This document shows, piece after piece, positions 12,789 through 26,729 of a DNA stretch of 64,000 bases. Numbering within the stretch: position 1 is the first letter of the stretch; every line of letters starts with the position of its first letter. This DNA comes from Octopus sinensis (taxonomy: Eukaryota): contig NC_043009.1 of assembly GCF_006345805.1 (NCBI RefSeq), positions 53,816,001 to 53,880,000 on the forward strand, written 5' to 3'. The notes under the pieces were generated by a model. It was not told the DNA's origin, ran no database searches, and was given only the letters and a program-made list of their open reading frames with translations. A program made the translations under genes and the position numbers.

Positions 12789-13121
12789 GGGTGGCTCAGT
12801 GGTTAGAGCGTCGAGCTTACGATCGTGAGGTTGTGAGCTCGAATCCCGGACCGGGCTGCGTGTTGTGTTCTCGAGCAAGGCACTTTATTTCACGTTGCTC
12901 CAGTTCACTCAGCTGTATAAATGAGTTGCGACGTCACAGGTGCCAAGCTGTATCGACCTTTGTCTTTCCCTTGGATAACACTGGTGGCGTGGAGAGGGGA
13001 GGCTGGTATGCATGGGCGACTGCTAGCCGTCCATAAACAACCTTGCCCGGACTTGTGTCTAGGAGGGTAACTTTCTAGGTGCAATCCCATGGTCATTCAT
13101 GACCGAAGGGGGTCTTTACCC
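12789..13121 (+). mobile_element. tRNA-Arg-like CORE-SINE family B
   Basis: GGCTCAGTGGTTAGAGCG..CTCGAATCCC head, CORE-like centre, tail GACCGAAGGGGGTCTTT. Confidence 0.85.
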
Positions 13122-14328
13122 TGTATTGGGAACAACACGTGGTTGTCACGCAGATGACGGATCAATACTCAGAGACCCAGGTCCGTGTGTATCACGTCAG
13201 GCTGGAGATGGGAAGGATGACTTCTCTTTGCAAATACTGATAGGGCACAGAAAGTATGTCAATAGCCAGCTGTAGATGTCTTCCTGGGGTTACAATCTAC
13301 AGTAGCATCTACCCTTAAGGGTTAGCCATATTTAAGTTGCAAATATAATTCATGAATATTTCTATTATACAAATACACACATGTATATATGTATGTATGC
13401 ATGACTCTACGTATTTATGTATGCATAAATGAATGAATGTATGTACCTGTGTATAGCATGTGGTGAATATGCATAGAGAAATATATATATATATAATATA
13501 TATATATATATATTATATATATATATATATATTGTGTGTCTGTTTGTATGTGTATGTGTTTGCATAAGCTTCCTAAACATCGTGAAATTATTGCTGCCTT
13601 CGTTCGAGGCTAGTTGAAGTAACCTGCAGAGGAGAACTTTAATGTCAGATGAAATATGCAACAGTTGTAAATTCGCGTTCATTACCTATATTGAAACATC
13701 GCTAAAAGTACATATACCCCTCAAATCTATAAATCTTTGTATGCATTTGATATGGATGCATGACATTATTTTCGATTGAATTTCGTATATTGTACTAACT
13801 TATATATCCGTTTATATGATCTCTGATATGTTAAACACATAGAGAAATCAACCTTGGATTTGTATAAGTAGGTGCACTTATATACAAGAGACAAGAACAC
13901 TTATACGCAAGTATATATATCAACATAGATTATATTATGTTAAAGCCATTCTGATCACCCATTAAGTAAACCCACGTACCTACACACAAGCAAACACACT
14001 ACACACACACATATATATATATGGCTGTATATATATATATATATGTCCGTATGTGTATGTTTTTATGCGTATGTATGTGTATGTGTGTGTGTTTGTGTAT
14101 TTTTATGTATAAGTATTTGGATATGTCCCTTCGATACGTGCATGTTATAATGAGAAATATTTGTTTGTGTAAAAGATACCAATCAACGCATAACATGCTA
14201 AAAGCGCATTTATGTATATAATGTACATAAGATATATTTACTTGTACACATGAATATTCACACGCGAATACACACTCATACACAGTGTTTCACACATACA
14301 AAACCCAAATTCAAATATATGTGTTGTG

Positions 14329-14425
<97 letters not shown>

Positions 14426-15381
14426 ATATATATATGTATATATATACATGTATACATATATATATATATGTTTATATATGTATATATATATATATGTAAA
14501 TGCGCGCGTGTGTGTGTGTTTGTGCGCATGTATGTATGTATGCATGTATGTATGTATATACGCTTATATATAAACATGTTCATATATATATATATATACA
14601 CACATACGCAGACTTTCGTGTGGGTTTGAATGTATGTATGTGTACATATATGTGCGTGTCTGTGTGTGTGCTGTATGTGTGTGCGTGTGCTTGTGCGTGT
14701 ATATGTGTGCGTGTGTTTTGGTGATTTATGTCTATAAGAAAGTAATCAAACAGCGAACGAATTACAGGACCCACTTTGGAAAATATAAAGTTTAACACGT
14801 GTGACTGTATGTATATATATGTGTGTGTGTGTTTGTGTGTGTGTGTGTGCGCGTGTGTATGTGTTTCTAAGTGTGTGTGTGTGCCTATATGCGTGAATGT
14901 GTATATATATATATAAAACTGTATATATCTGTGTTTATATACATTTATATGTACATATATATATATACACACACACACTATCTAGATATCTAGCATCTAT
15001 GTGTCTGTGTATGCATGTGTATATGTGTGTACGCGTGCGTGTTTGTGTTTGTGTGTGTGTATGCATGTATGTATGTATATATATATATATATATATATAG
15101 ATAGATAGATAGGTTTGTATGTATAATATAAATACAGATATATACATACACTCACACACACACACGCTAGCACACACTCATGACTATCTTATAGCAGACG
15201 AGTAACAGGATATCTAATCTAATTGCGTTCTAAATATTTTGCCGATCGCAAAATATGCAATATTGATTGTAGTTTATATGACAGTACAAAATGCATGTAA
15301 TTTACTCTCAACTTATGTACGTAATATCTTTATTTGCAGCCATCTGTTTCTTTCTCTCTCAATCTCTCTTTGTTTTTCTCT

Positions 15382-15421
<40 letters not shown>

Positions 15422-15747
15422 CTCTCGTAATTCCATATATTTCCTTGCGTTTTGTGGCGTACATAGTCATGTAAATATAGGTGAAGGAAGGGGAAATTAA
15501 AATTATATTTTATACAAACGCACACACTCGATACTTATGTAGAGTACTTTTGTGGTTATATACATATGTATGTGTGTATTAGAGGGATGCAGAAACAGGG
15601 AGAGTCTAGTATTATTTGGGAAGTGATATTCATCAATCCATATATATTTAGTGAATACATTAACATTTATATGTATACGCGTACGAGAGTACTCAGAAGG
15701 ACCGCAATTTTGCCGTATTATTTTATTCATTAATTTTTATGTATTTA

Positions 15748-15975
15748 CACTTTTATCGCCTTCAACGAAACAATACATCGGTCCAGACACGTTTACATTG
15801 TTCGAAATAGTCCTTGAATTCTTGCGATGTGATGCTTTTTAACACCTCCGTCGTTTTTTTCTTCAACTCTGCTTCATCTGCAAAACATTTTCCTTTAAGG
15901 ACGTTTTTCATTCGGTGGACCAAATCAAAATTTGCAGGGAGCAAGATCCGGTGAATAGGGAGAGGGGTTGGTGTA
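15748..15975 (-). pseudogene. Mariner transposase C-terminal fragment
   Basis: Minus strand encodes YSPDLAPC at 15958-15935, followed by MKNVLKGKCFADEAELKKKTTEVLKSITSQEFKDYFEQ. Confidence 0.85.
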
Positions 15976-16470
15976 AACGGGGTCGCTCAGGTGGCTAGTA
16001 ATTCTACTTCCAAGCCGCCTTACATATGTCTAATTAATTAAAAGCAAGATCAGCGCTAAGCAACAAATATAACAATAACAACCATCGCAACAATGACAAA
16101 AGAGCAGCGGAATTAATATAGATCCAAATAAGGATTACAAATACAGCAAAAAGTGTAACAATTTATGTGAAGGTATGCGGAATGAGATGATTGGACTCAT
16201 CTGTTTAGACACACATAATCTGATGCGGCTGACTGGATATTCAGTACGTTTTGACATGAGAGGCAAACGCACGCACATGCATGCACACGCAGATATATCG
16301 ACAAAACAGAAGAGCGAAATTGAGAGCGTGATGAAGACTTTGCTTTCTCTTTTCTATATTCTCGTTTAAACAGGTTCTTTTACTCGCAATATGCTATAGA
16401 CTTCCATCTTTTACGAAACACATTTTGCGACAGGTATTTCGTCTCTAGAGCACCGTGTAAGTAGACATAC

Positions 16471-16531
16471 CCAATCTTCTCTCTCATTCTGTGATCGGTA
16501 ATATCTCAAGATATCTAACTTGTCTGAGAAC
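16471..16531 (-). CDS. Candidate internal host exon (FSDKLDILRYYRSQNEREDW), product unknown
   Basis: Acceptor CTACTTTGTTGTAG and donor GTATGT on the minus strand; open frame. Confidence 0.3.
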
Positions 16532-16993
16532 CTACAACAAAGTAGAGTCAATAAGATGCACTCGAGGAGCAGATAGTGAAGCTGAATCGGTTGACAGCTG
16601 AAGTCCAACACCCAAGGAAAATGACGGACACTCCCAAGAACTTGAACGGGTTTATTTTCTACCAAATTTTGCTCACAAGACTTGGTCTCTAGGCTATAAA
16701 ACAACATACGTTTCGATAATCTTGAAGCTGAAAACAAACATTTGCGAAGATAACGAGTAAACCCACCCAACCTTATCTTAACACATTATATATATATCTT
16801 ATTTCATTATTTTTGAGTAAACTGACATATTATTTTCAGGCATCCTAAGATTACTGCTGTTATCAATGAATTAGCTGAAAGACTGATGGAGATAAATGTA
16901 AAATATCAGGTGTTCATAGAATAAATGTGTAACAAGCCGAGAAAAACAAACACCCTAAAGAGGTATACTAACTGGCATATATATATATATGTA

Positions 16994-17073
<80 letters not shown>

Positions 17074-17267
17074 TGTTTGGATTCGGTTTGCAAGACTATT
17101 GAAAAACTTGCAAGACGCAACGATAATTTTAGAAAATAAAAGTAAGAAATAAGTGGAAATGTTACCGGTGAGTGGGTTATATATATATATTTATATATCA
17201 GGCACTAAAAGGGAATGACTCTCCCCAGACACAACAGTATATTGTTGATTCGCTAGCTTCTGCACGC

Positions 17268-17450
17268 ATTTTTTTCTCTCCTTGTTTCTCTCCGTGTTTC
17301 TTTTCTGTGTATCTTTCTGTTGAAGAGCGTAGGCTCGAAACGTAAAAGACTTGTTTTATTTATATTCCTGAGCGCCATACTAATACAATTGTTTGTGTGT
17401 CTTCCACCTGCCTTCGTCTTTTGTTTATTTTCATAAAGCTTCCCGTTATA
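17268..17450 (+). mobile_element. ~200-bp dispersed repeat with a minimal hammerhead-like motif (17312-17349)
   Basis: Highly similar to 54505-54718. Motif TCTTT-CTGTTGA-A-GAGC-GTAG-GCTC-GAA-ACGT-A-AAAGA; followed by (TA)n. Confidence 0.6.
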
Positions 17451-18001
17451 TATATATATATATATAGTGAAATATTTTCAAAAAAAAGAACAAAAACAAC
17501 GAAAAAATACGAAAAATGTTGACGCTCACTGAAAGGAGGGAGTTTGACCTATATATACATTCAAGTCACCATATATGACTAAGTGTGTGTGCATGTGTGT
17601 GTGAGCGTGTGCATCTTTTATGTTTTACTTGATTCTGTAATTCGACTGTAGTTTTGCACAACCACCACTTAGAAGAGCTTTGGTCGAACAAATCGACTCT
17701 GGTACACTTTCGTTCATCTTTAATACCCTGGTCTCCAGGGTAAGAAAGTCATACATCAAAATGATTGTAAATAAAAGCCTGCAGCAAAATTTCATCTTAA
17801 GTCTATGTTCCCCAAATCAGCTTAATAATGTTGAAATCCTTTTACTCAAATCTTCACTAATTTCAAAATTAATTGAAACCAAAACAGTGTATTAGAGCGG
17901 ACATATTAGAACAAACATTCTACGATGATTGTAATTAGGTAGAAATTTGCTTACTACTTCTTTGGTAACTACAGCGAGGCCTAATATACCGTCCTATTGA
18001 T

Positions 18002-18040
<39 letters not shown>

Positions 18041-18463
18041 TTATATATAGTGCTTACATATGTGTGTGAATAATATACATATATATTTATATATATATGA
18101 GCAAATAAATATGTAGACCAAATTCTTAGCAGCCCCCAAATAACTGAACTGCAAAACATCATCCTTATAGAGATTCCTCTATATGCAAGTTCCTCGAGAT
18201 ATAAATGCACTCTTAATTAATGTCTATGAATTTTATAAAGATTTTGTTCCCTTTATTTTTAAACACAGACATCAATTTTTTTCGTAAAATATTGTTGTCA
18301 CTTGATATCTCTCGTCAGGCTTGGATGCAGCTTATATGAATTAAAGCAAAAGAAATATGTAATAATAATAAAAATAATTATAAAACTTAACATTCTTTTT
18401 GATTTTGTTATTATATAACAATAATAATATTACAATAAAAATTATTTATTATTATTATTATAG

Positions 18464-18495
<32 letters not shown>

Positions 18496-18579
18496 GTTGC
18501 TGTTATTATTATTAATATTAATATTATTATTATTATTATCATTATTATTATTATTATATTATTATTATTATTATTATTA

Positions 18580-18611
<32 letters not shown>

Positions 18612-18625
18612 TATTATTATTATAA

Positions 18626-19951
18626 TTTTTTCTTCTTTCAAATTTTCTTCCATTTCTTGCCGAGTGTCTTCCCGACTCCTAGGGCAAAGAAACTCATAGT
18701 GTATATTGGTAGGCCATTAAACCAAACTCAGTTGTTCGTTCATTTTTTTTTTTTTTTTTTTTAAGTTAAATTAAAATGCATGAGCAGCAACAGTTCTCAC
18801 ATCGACAATGCTCTTCTCAATACGTGTGATGTACCAGTTAAGACAATCTTTTGCACTTCTTGCAGGGATGGTAACCAGGGATCATTCTCATATAATTTTC
18901 GGTTCCCTTCTTGATCATTCCTAGTGCTCCTACGATCACTGGTATTGTAACCGCCTTAAGATGCCACATTTTCTCAATTTCAATGAGTAGGTCTTTATAT
19001 TTTCTGAGCTTGTCAAACTCTTTCGCTCAGATATTATGATCACAGGGATGCTCATGTCGATCAATAAGCAAACTTTATTGTTTTGGTCTTTCACAACAAT
19101 ATCTGGTTTATTGGCCTTGATGGTTCGGTCTGTATGTACTGGAAAGTCCCACAGAATGGTTACATTTTCTCCTTCAGTTACAGCCTCAGGGTGGTGATTA
19201 TACCACTTGTCGGCAGTTTTGATATTGTAATGCCGACTTATTAGCCAGTGGAGATATTGGCCAACTCTGTCATGTCTTAATTTATACTCCACTGGTGCTA
19301 AGACTTTACATCCAGAGATTAGGTGGTCCACTGTTTCAATCATGTCGTTGCAGAATCGGCATTTTGGGTCTGCTCCATTTTTCATCACATTGGCCTGGTA
19401 GTTCCGGGTTGATAGGCTTTGGTCTTGAGCAGCCAGGATGAAACCTTCGCTCTCTGCTCTTAGCCCTGAGCTCCGCAGCCACTGATGGGTTTGCTTCTGG
19501 TCAACATCAGCTTGTTTGCTGCGGGTCACATATTTGCCGTGCAGAGGTTTCTCCTCCCACCTATCAGCCAATTGCTCGTGAGCTTTTTTCATTGCCATCA
19601 TTTTCACCTTCATTGCAACAATAGTTGCCGTACTTCCCTCGGGTTGTTCAGTTTGGGTATCCTGCACGAGATCAATAGCAAATTTTTTGCTTTCCTTGAT
19701 GATAGAATGAAGCTTCTTTCGTCGCTCGTGATTTTCCACGAGCTTTAGCATCCAGTCATTCGATATTTCGAGATATTTGGCCAGTCCAATTGTGGTTGTT
19801 TTGTAAGCTAGTTCAAATTGGATCAGGCCTCGACCTCCTTGGGCTCTGGGAAGGTAAAGGTGATCTACGTCTGCCTTTGGGTGGTGCATCCTATTACAAC
19901 TCAGCAGCTTCCGTATTTTTCTATCTATATTCTTTACTTCACTCATATTCC
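18626..19951 (-). mobile_element. 5'-truncated R4/Dong-clade non-LTR retrotransposon (RT C-terminus, CCHC knuckle, restriction-like endonuclease), frameshifted near 19040
   Basis: ORF 18936-19946 has ADVDHLYLPRAQGGRGL, CRFC..ETVDHLISGC and KPDIVV..IDMSIP. A shifted frame continues EFDKLRKYKDL..VIVGALG..VLRRALSM to a stop at 18797-18799. (TAA)n lies on both sides. Confidence 0.9.
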
Positions 19952-19952
19952 A

Positions 19953-19998
<46 letters not shown>

Positions 19999-20394
19999 TA
20001 TTATTATCATCATCAGTATTATTATTATCACGACCAGGGGAAACGTTTGATGCATATGCAGCATATTAAATCAGGATTTACCCAATGGCAGAAAGGAAAG
20101 CAATTCTATAATTTCTGACTAAGAACGCTGAATCGGAATGGAAAGTAATTGGATTAAATGTACATCTGTTTATGTAAAAGAATAGTTCAATAAAGTGTTT
20201 CTTTTTGTTATATTTCATCCAATTTTACGAACATCTATTATAATCATGTGGCTTGCCTTCTATCAATAGAATGTGAATGGTCTCAAACCATCAGATCACA
20301 GACAAGCTGTCCCCACTCTCTCGGTCTTTTCCACCAGTATTACCGTAGTCTCTTCTTGGTGTACGAAATAGTAATAATTATAATTTTAATTAAT

Positions 20395-20612
20395 GCTTCA
20401 AATTTTGGCATAAGACCAGCAGTTTTATCGGGAAGAGTTACTCAATTAAATCCGTACTTGCCTTTGACTGGTATTTTATTTTATGGACCCGGCAGAGACG
20501 CAGAGCAAGCATGCTGTCGATAGGATTTGAACTTAGAAATTTGAAGAGCAGTACAAATAATGAAATATTTTCCTGTATTCCAACAATGTACCGAAATTCC
20601 CGTCTTAATAGT
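20395..20612 (-). mobile_element. Degraded SINE-A-related copy
   Basis: TTCAAATTTTGGCATAAGACCAG tail and ACTGGTA..TTTGAACTTAGAA remnants. Confidence 0.45.
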
Positions 20613-20655
20613 AATATCAATAATCATAATCACAAAAATAATAATAATAATAAAC

Positions 20656-20734
<79 letters not shown>

Positions 20735-20735
<1 letters not shown>

Positions 20736-21287
20736 GCCCTGATGCAGTACCAGGCAGTGGCTCTCATGGCTTCTGATCTTAACTGATTGGAAGTGTTACC
20801 ATGTACATTGTTTTGCCTTGGTATAAAAGATGGGCTACAGCAAATATTCTGCTCAATACCACAGATTTGCTTGTCAGTTGTTTGACCGTAACCAGTTGAG
20901 CATGTCCCTTAGTGGCTGACGATATGTGCATCTCTGATCACGAGCAGAAGTAGTGGGGGAGCATCATAGCCATGTGTTGAGAAGGATTCTTTGGGGTTTG
21001 AATAATTCACCTCTGGAAACATGGGTGTTTCGTTCAACGTCCTTAAACAACCCTTATTCAGGGACCTTTTGAGCGGGATGGTTACTCGATCTGAAGAAAA
21101 TTCTAACTGGGCTCCACCTGCAAGGTCATGTGCTGTTTATCTTGATATGAGATCACCATGTCGCGCACATATGGTTGTGATGCATGTGCCTGGTGTACCC
21201 TTACCAGACGGTAGTCATGATGGGTATACTGGGCTTCGTATATTTTACCCCAGTGTCACTTTGATTGCATGCTCTGCTCGCTCACTC
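20735..21287. mobile_element. ~550-bp non-coding insert bounded by (TAA)n on both sides, probable repeat
   Basis: Complex, GC-richer sequence with sharp boundaries against (AAT)n tracts; no recognisable protein. Confidence 0.5.
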
Positions 21288-21304
21288 AATAATAATAATA
21301 ATGA

Positions 21305-21335
<31 letters not shown>

Positions 21336-21454
21336 AAGAATGATAATGACGATGATGATGATGAGAAAGACGATGACGACAACGATGACAATTTTTTTCT
21401 ATTGTGTTATTGCAGTTCAATGCTACTATCTCTTGCCCGTTGATTGATCTTGGT

Positions 21455-21590
21455 TGACTGAATCCACTCAGCTGGCGAAAATGAGTAACGCTGCGATGAA
21501 CTGGTGTCCCATCCAGCTGGGGAAGACATACGCCAATGAAACCGTGAAACCGGGCCCATGAGCCTGGCTAGGCTTTAAAAGGGCGCATTT
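21455..21590 (+). mobile_element. SINE family E 3' half
   Basis: CCACTCAGCTGGCGAAAATGAGTAA..CTGCGATGAACTGGTGTCCCATCCAG. Confidence 0.55.
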
Positions 21591-22566
21591 ATTATTTTTA
21601 ATTTATTATATGACTTAAAGTGCGTAAAGGATGAAATAAGAAAAATTTGATTGCCATTTTAAGCTCATGGACCAGCTACATAGAAGTTCCCTACACTTTC
21701 TAACGTTTTGGAGCTACATTCTCAGGTATTGTAAATAAAATATATCAATGTGTTCGGTGTGTTAGTGTAGTGTATTTCTGTATCCAAACTCCCTCTCTAT
21801 CTCTCTGTCTCTCGCTCTCTGCACTACAATTTATCTGTGATTCCACATTACGTTCAAATTGAATAAATTTAGGTAGCTTTCATTATATTAATTATGGTGT
21901 TCACTGTCCTGGATACAATTGCCTTGCCAAAAATAACGAAATGATGTATTTGCAATTTGATGACATTTCATGCACCAGGAAGGATAGGTTTGCCTCGTAA
22001 AGTCATGTAGATGAAGGCAATGCTAATGGAACTGCTCAGTATCAGAAGATTCTCTAACATTGCCAGTTAAATCTATTACTGAGATGTATATAGATGCATA
22101 TATCAACTTGTGTATAAATTAGTGGACAAGAATATTCTAAAACCAGCACTCTTCAGTATGTATGTATGTATGTGTGTATGTATGTATGTATGTATGTATG
22201 TATGTATGTATGTATGTATGTATGTATCTATGTATCTATATACTGTATGTATGTGTAAAAAAACATATATATATATATATGTACACACAAACAAATATAT
22301 ATATATTATATATGTATAAATATATATGTGTGTATGTATATATATAGAGAGATATACATATATATGTATGCATATATATATATATATATATGTATCTACA
22401 TATATATATATATGTATATATACATATACATACATATATATATATATGTATATATACATATACACACATATATATATATATAATATATATATATATATTA
22501 TATATATATATATATTATATATATATATATATACATACATATCTACATATATATGCACACAGACTG

Positions 22567-22613
<47 letters not shown>

Positions 22614-23147
22614 TATTGTAGCAAGGCCAAAGTGGTATGAGTAAATCACGAGTTAAAATCACGGTATATTTAAAATCATTGTCAAAATGGAGGTCATCAC
22701 ATTAGCGAAAAGGCAACCAAAATAAAACTTTTTTGGGCTAAATATACTCTTCTAACATAAACCAGCGGATTCCATTCATTTGTTGACTGAATGAAATTAC
22801 TAATTTACAAAATTCTAAAATTCTTTTACTTTACATATTGGGTGACATCTAAATTTAAATACATATATTGTCATGCAGAAATAGTATTGAGTATTGGGTA
22901 TTGATTTTATGAAGACAATGATTGGCCATAAAATATCTTTTGCAACGAAGAATGACTGACAGACATAGAAAGAGAGAGAAAGAGAGGAAAAGAGTTAAGA
23001 GCGGAAAGAATGCAATTTGGGAAACAAATACGGACTTCTATATCATTCTCATATATTACATACATTCATGCCACCGATACCAGCAATCCATAACCACAAA
23101 ATGTCATACATTTGCACATTCAGACACATAGGTAGGTAGATAGCTAC

Positions 23148-23202
<55 letters not shown>

Positions 23203-23329
23203 CATACATACATACATACATACATACATACATACATACATAGATATACACTTGTATTCATGCATATATTTATGTTTGTGAGTGAATATATATATATATA
23301 TATAGTGAGAGAGAGAGAGAGAGAGAGAG

Positions 23330-23361
<32 letters not shown>

Positions 23362-23474
23362 TAGATAGATAGATAGATAGATATAGATATAGATAGACAT
23401 ACACTTATATGTATATTATTTATATGAAACAATAGTTCATGTTCCATGTACTTGTAGTGGTGGTGGTGGTGGTG

Positions 23475-23559
<85 letters not shown>

Positions 23560-24118
23560 AAGTAATGACAGAGAGAGTGAGTGAGAGACAGGGAGACACA
23601 TAATGTACCTGTTGTATACTTCTCAGTAAAGGAGGGCAAATGTATTAGCAAACAAAAAATGATTGAAAGACACTAGAGATTAACAGAACAGATAAGAGAG
23701 ACGCAGTAACAGCGTGTGGTGGTACGTGGATTATAGGGAGGAAAAAGAGAGAGGTAGGGAGAGAATAAGAGTGCATGACGACAGATGGTAGACAAAGAAA
23801 GAAATTGTAATTGTCTTAACGTAAAATCAGTCAATTTATAACCACCATTTTAAAAGTTTCTCCAAAATTAGAGATGATCAAAAGAAACTGTAAGTGTGAC
23901 CCGGAGCGAGAAGTCTAATGCATAATACTCTTCACTCCACTTTCTCTTAGCCCTTTTTATGCCTCCCTTTCTTTCTCTTTATATATATGTATATATATAT
24001 ATATACATACATTCATACATACTTACATACTTATATAGAAATATGCATATATATATGTATATATATGTATATATATATGTATATATGTATATATATATGT
24101 ATATGTATATATGTAATA

Positions 24119-24172
<54 letters not shown>

Positions 24173-24197
24173 ATATATATATATGTGTATATATATA

Positions 24198-24245
<48 letters not shown>

Positions 24246-25184
24246 TATATATGCACGCACATACATGTATATACGTACATATGTAAGTGCGTATATGTGT
24301 ATATGTGTATATGTGTATATGTATATACTTCGGGGAAACATAGTTAAAAACCTGAATAATCACATCCTCCACTGTCAACAATGCTATCAGCCACACCATC
24401 ACAACTACCACCACCACCACCACCACCACCGCTACTACTAATTCTGCTGCTACTACTACAACTTCTACTATTACTTAAATTTCAACATGTCCTTTTTCTT
24501 TGATGCATCGGACACTATAGGACAATTATAGTACATTTCACCGGTATTCCGCCATTCTAACTCTACTTCTTCCAACACACCCCGACCTCTTTCGATCTGA
24601 TCTCACTATAATACTTTATTATTATCTAGACCCATTCTACTTCCTTAACAGGTAATTAACCAGCCTTCTGCTGCCCACACAGTTATTATATCATTAAATT
24701 ACTGTTTTATCATCAGATTTGCGAGCTCGGCTTCTAAGTGTATTGCATTAACACTACTTTCGTTATCTCCTGTTTTATTTCAAATACATGATTCATTCAT
24801 TTTATTTCGTTGCACAGATTGTCATATCAATTTAAACTTGTAATAGTTGGATCAATGTAGACCCCTTTAAGAGGTTACTCGATCCATTAAAAGTAGCAGC
24901 CTAACGACCGGTAAGATCGTACTCGGTTCTCTCATAAAAGAAAAGACACCGAATAATGTAGTCCTAAATATAGCATACCTTGAAGAGTACGAATTGATCG
25001 TTGCTACAATGCATTTGGTTGAAGGAAATCTGCACATGGGGTTCCTGTTCTCTTGCAAAAAGACAAATTGAATAATGTACCCTTAGGTACCCTACATCTT
25101 GAAGAAATACAGGATGGTCATGAGAGGAATGCCTTTCATTAAAGAGTTACGCAGTGAGAGCTCATAGGGCGCTCTTTAAAAACG

Positions 25185-25345
25185 GTTTCAAATTTTAAGC
25201 AGAAGTCCAGTAAATTTAATCGGTACTTATTTTATCGAACCCGGAGTATGAAGGTCAAAGTCGATCTCAGAACATAAGTGCATGGAAGAAATACCGCTAA
25301 ACATTTTCTCCGACCTGCTAACGATTCTAACAAGTCGCCGCCTTA
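25185..25345 (-). mobile_element. Degraded SINE-A-related copy
   Basis: GGTACTTATTTTATCG..AAAGTCGA..AAATACCGCTAA..CGCCGCCTT. Confidence 0.5.
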
Positions 25346-25389
25346 AGGAACTAATAAATCACCGAAGTACTCTGTATTTCTCTACAAAG

Positions 25390-25433
<44 letters not shown>

Positions 25434-25815
25434 GCTAACACATTCGCATCAAATGTATACAAAATGCGTATACGCATACACATGCATAAATATACGAATA
25501 TTTCCTCTCATAAAACTTGCAGTTGATATGTTTTGTCATCTAAATTGTAGAGATGAGGTTTGTTACTCAGTGATGAAGAATCCAAATAATTCGTTGGCGC
25601 AGATATAGCTGCCTGTTCAACAAGTTCGCTTTGCAAACAGTTTCATGTTGAATCCCACTGCGCAGCACCTTGGGCAAGTTTCTGGTTTTAGAGCCCCATA
25701 CTGCTGACCGATTCTTAAGTGTTTTACAGGTGGAAGCTGCGTGCGTGAATTTTTTCCATATATATATATATATATCTATATATATATATTATAATATATA
25801 TATATATATATAAAG

Positions 25816-25893
<78 letters not shown>

Positions 25894-25896
25894 AAG

Positions 25897-25935
<39 letters not shown>

Positions 25936-26227
25936 GTGTGTGTGTGTGTATCTGTGTGTGGGTGTGTGGGTGTGGGTGTGTATTAAGATGTGGAATATGA
26001 TATCCAGGCAGATACCAAATTTCTCTGATTAAAGTGCCACGGCTGGTTTCTTCCGATGGTGCGTTTTTTGGTAATCTTCCTTAGGCTCCCATATGCACCG
26101 ATCTGCATATGAATATGCAACAATATGCAGTTGCTACGATCGAAACACGTGTCGGACTATTATTATGAATAGACTAACTGGAAATAAAGATAAGTTTGAA
26201 TGCTCAAATTCTTCATTCTCGTTATCA

Positions 26228-26260
<33 letters not shown>

Positions 26261-26272
26261 CGTATACACACG

Positions 26273-26327
<55 letters not shown>

Positions 26328-26350
26328 TATATATATATATATATATATAA

Positions 26351-26401
<51 letters not shown>

Positions 26402-26698
26402 GTGAATATACATATATGCATATACATATATATATGTATGTATGTATATACATATATGAATATACATCGATAAAAATCATTATATTGGTTTATTTCTAGA
26501 GACACGAAACATTAGTACGATACCCAAACGGATTAAATCATTAAAAACTGCACAAAGCATGTCTACTAAATAATAGATTAATCTTTTAAATGTATTAAAT
26601 GACACACTTTTATTTCTAGAAATTAACGTTTCAAACATGACAGAAAATGTCTAATTTTGAAAGTTATGTGTCTTTCTGTGTACACACACGTACGCATG

Positions 26699-26729
<31 letters not shown>

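Noticed and set aside
12789-12850. tRNA genes at the SINE heads (also 6111, 11414, 31729, 37115)
   Set aside because: Heads lack complete acceptor stems and run directly into multi-copy SINE bodies.
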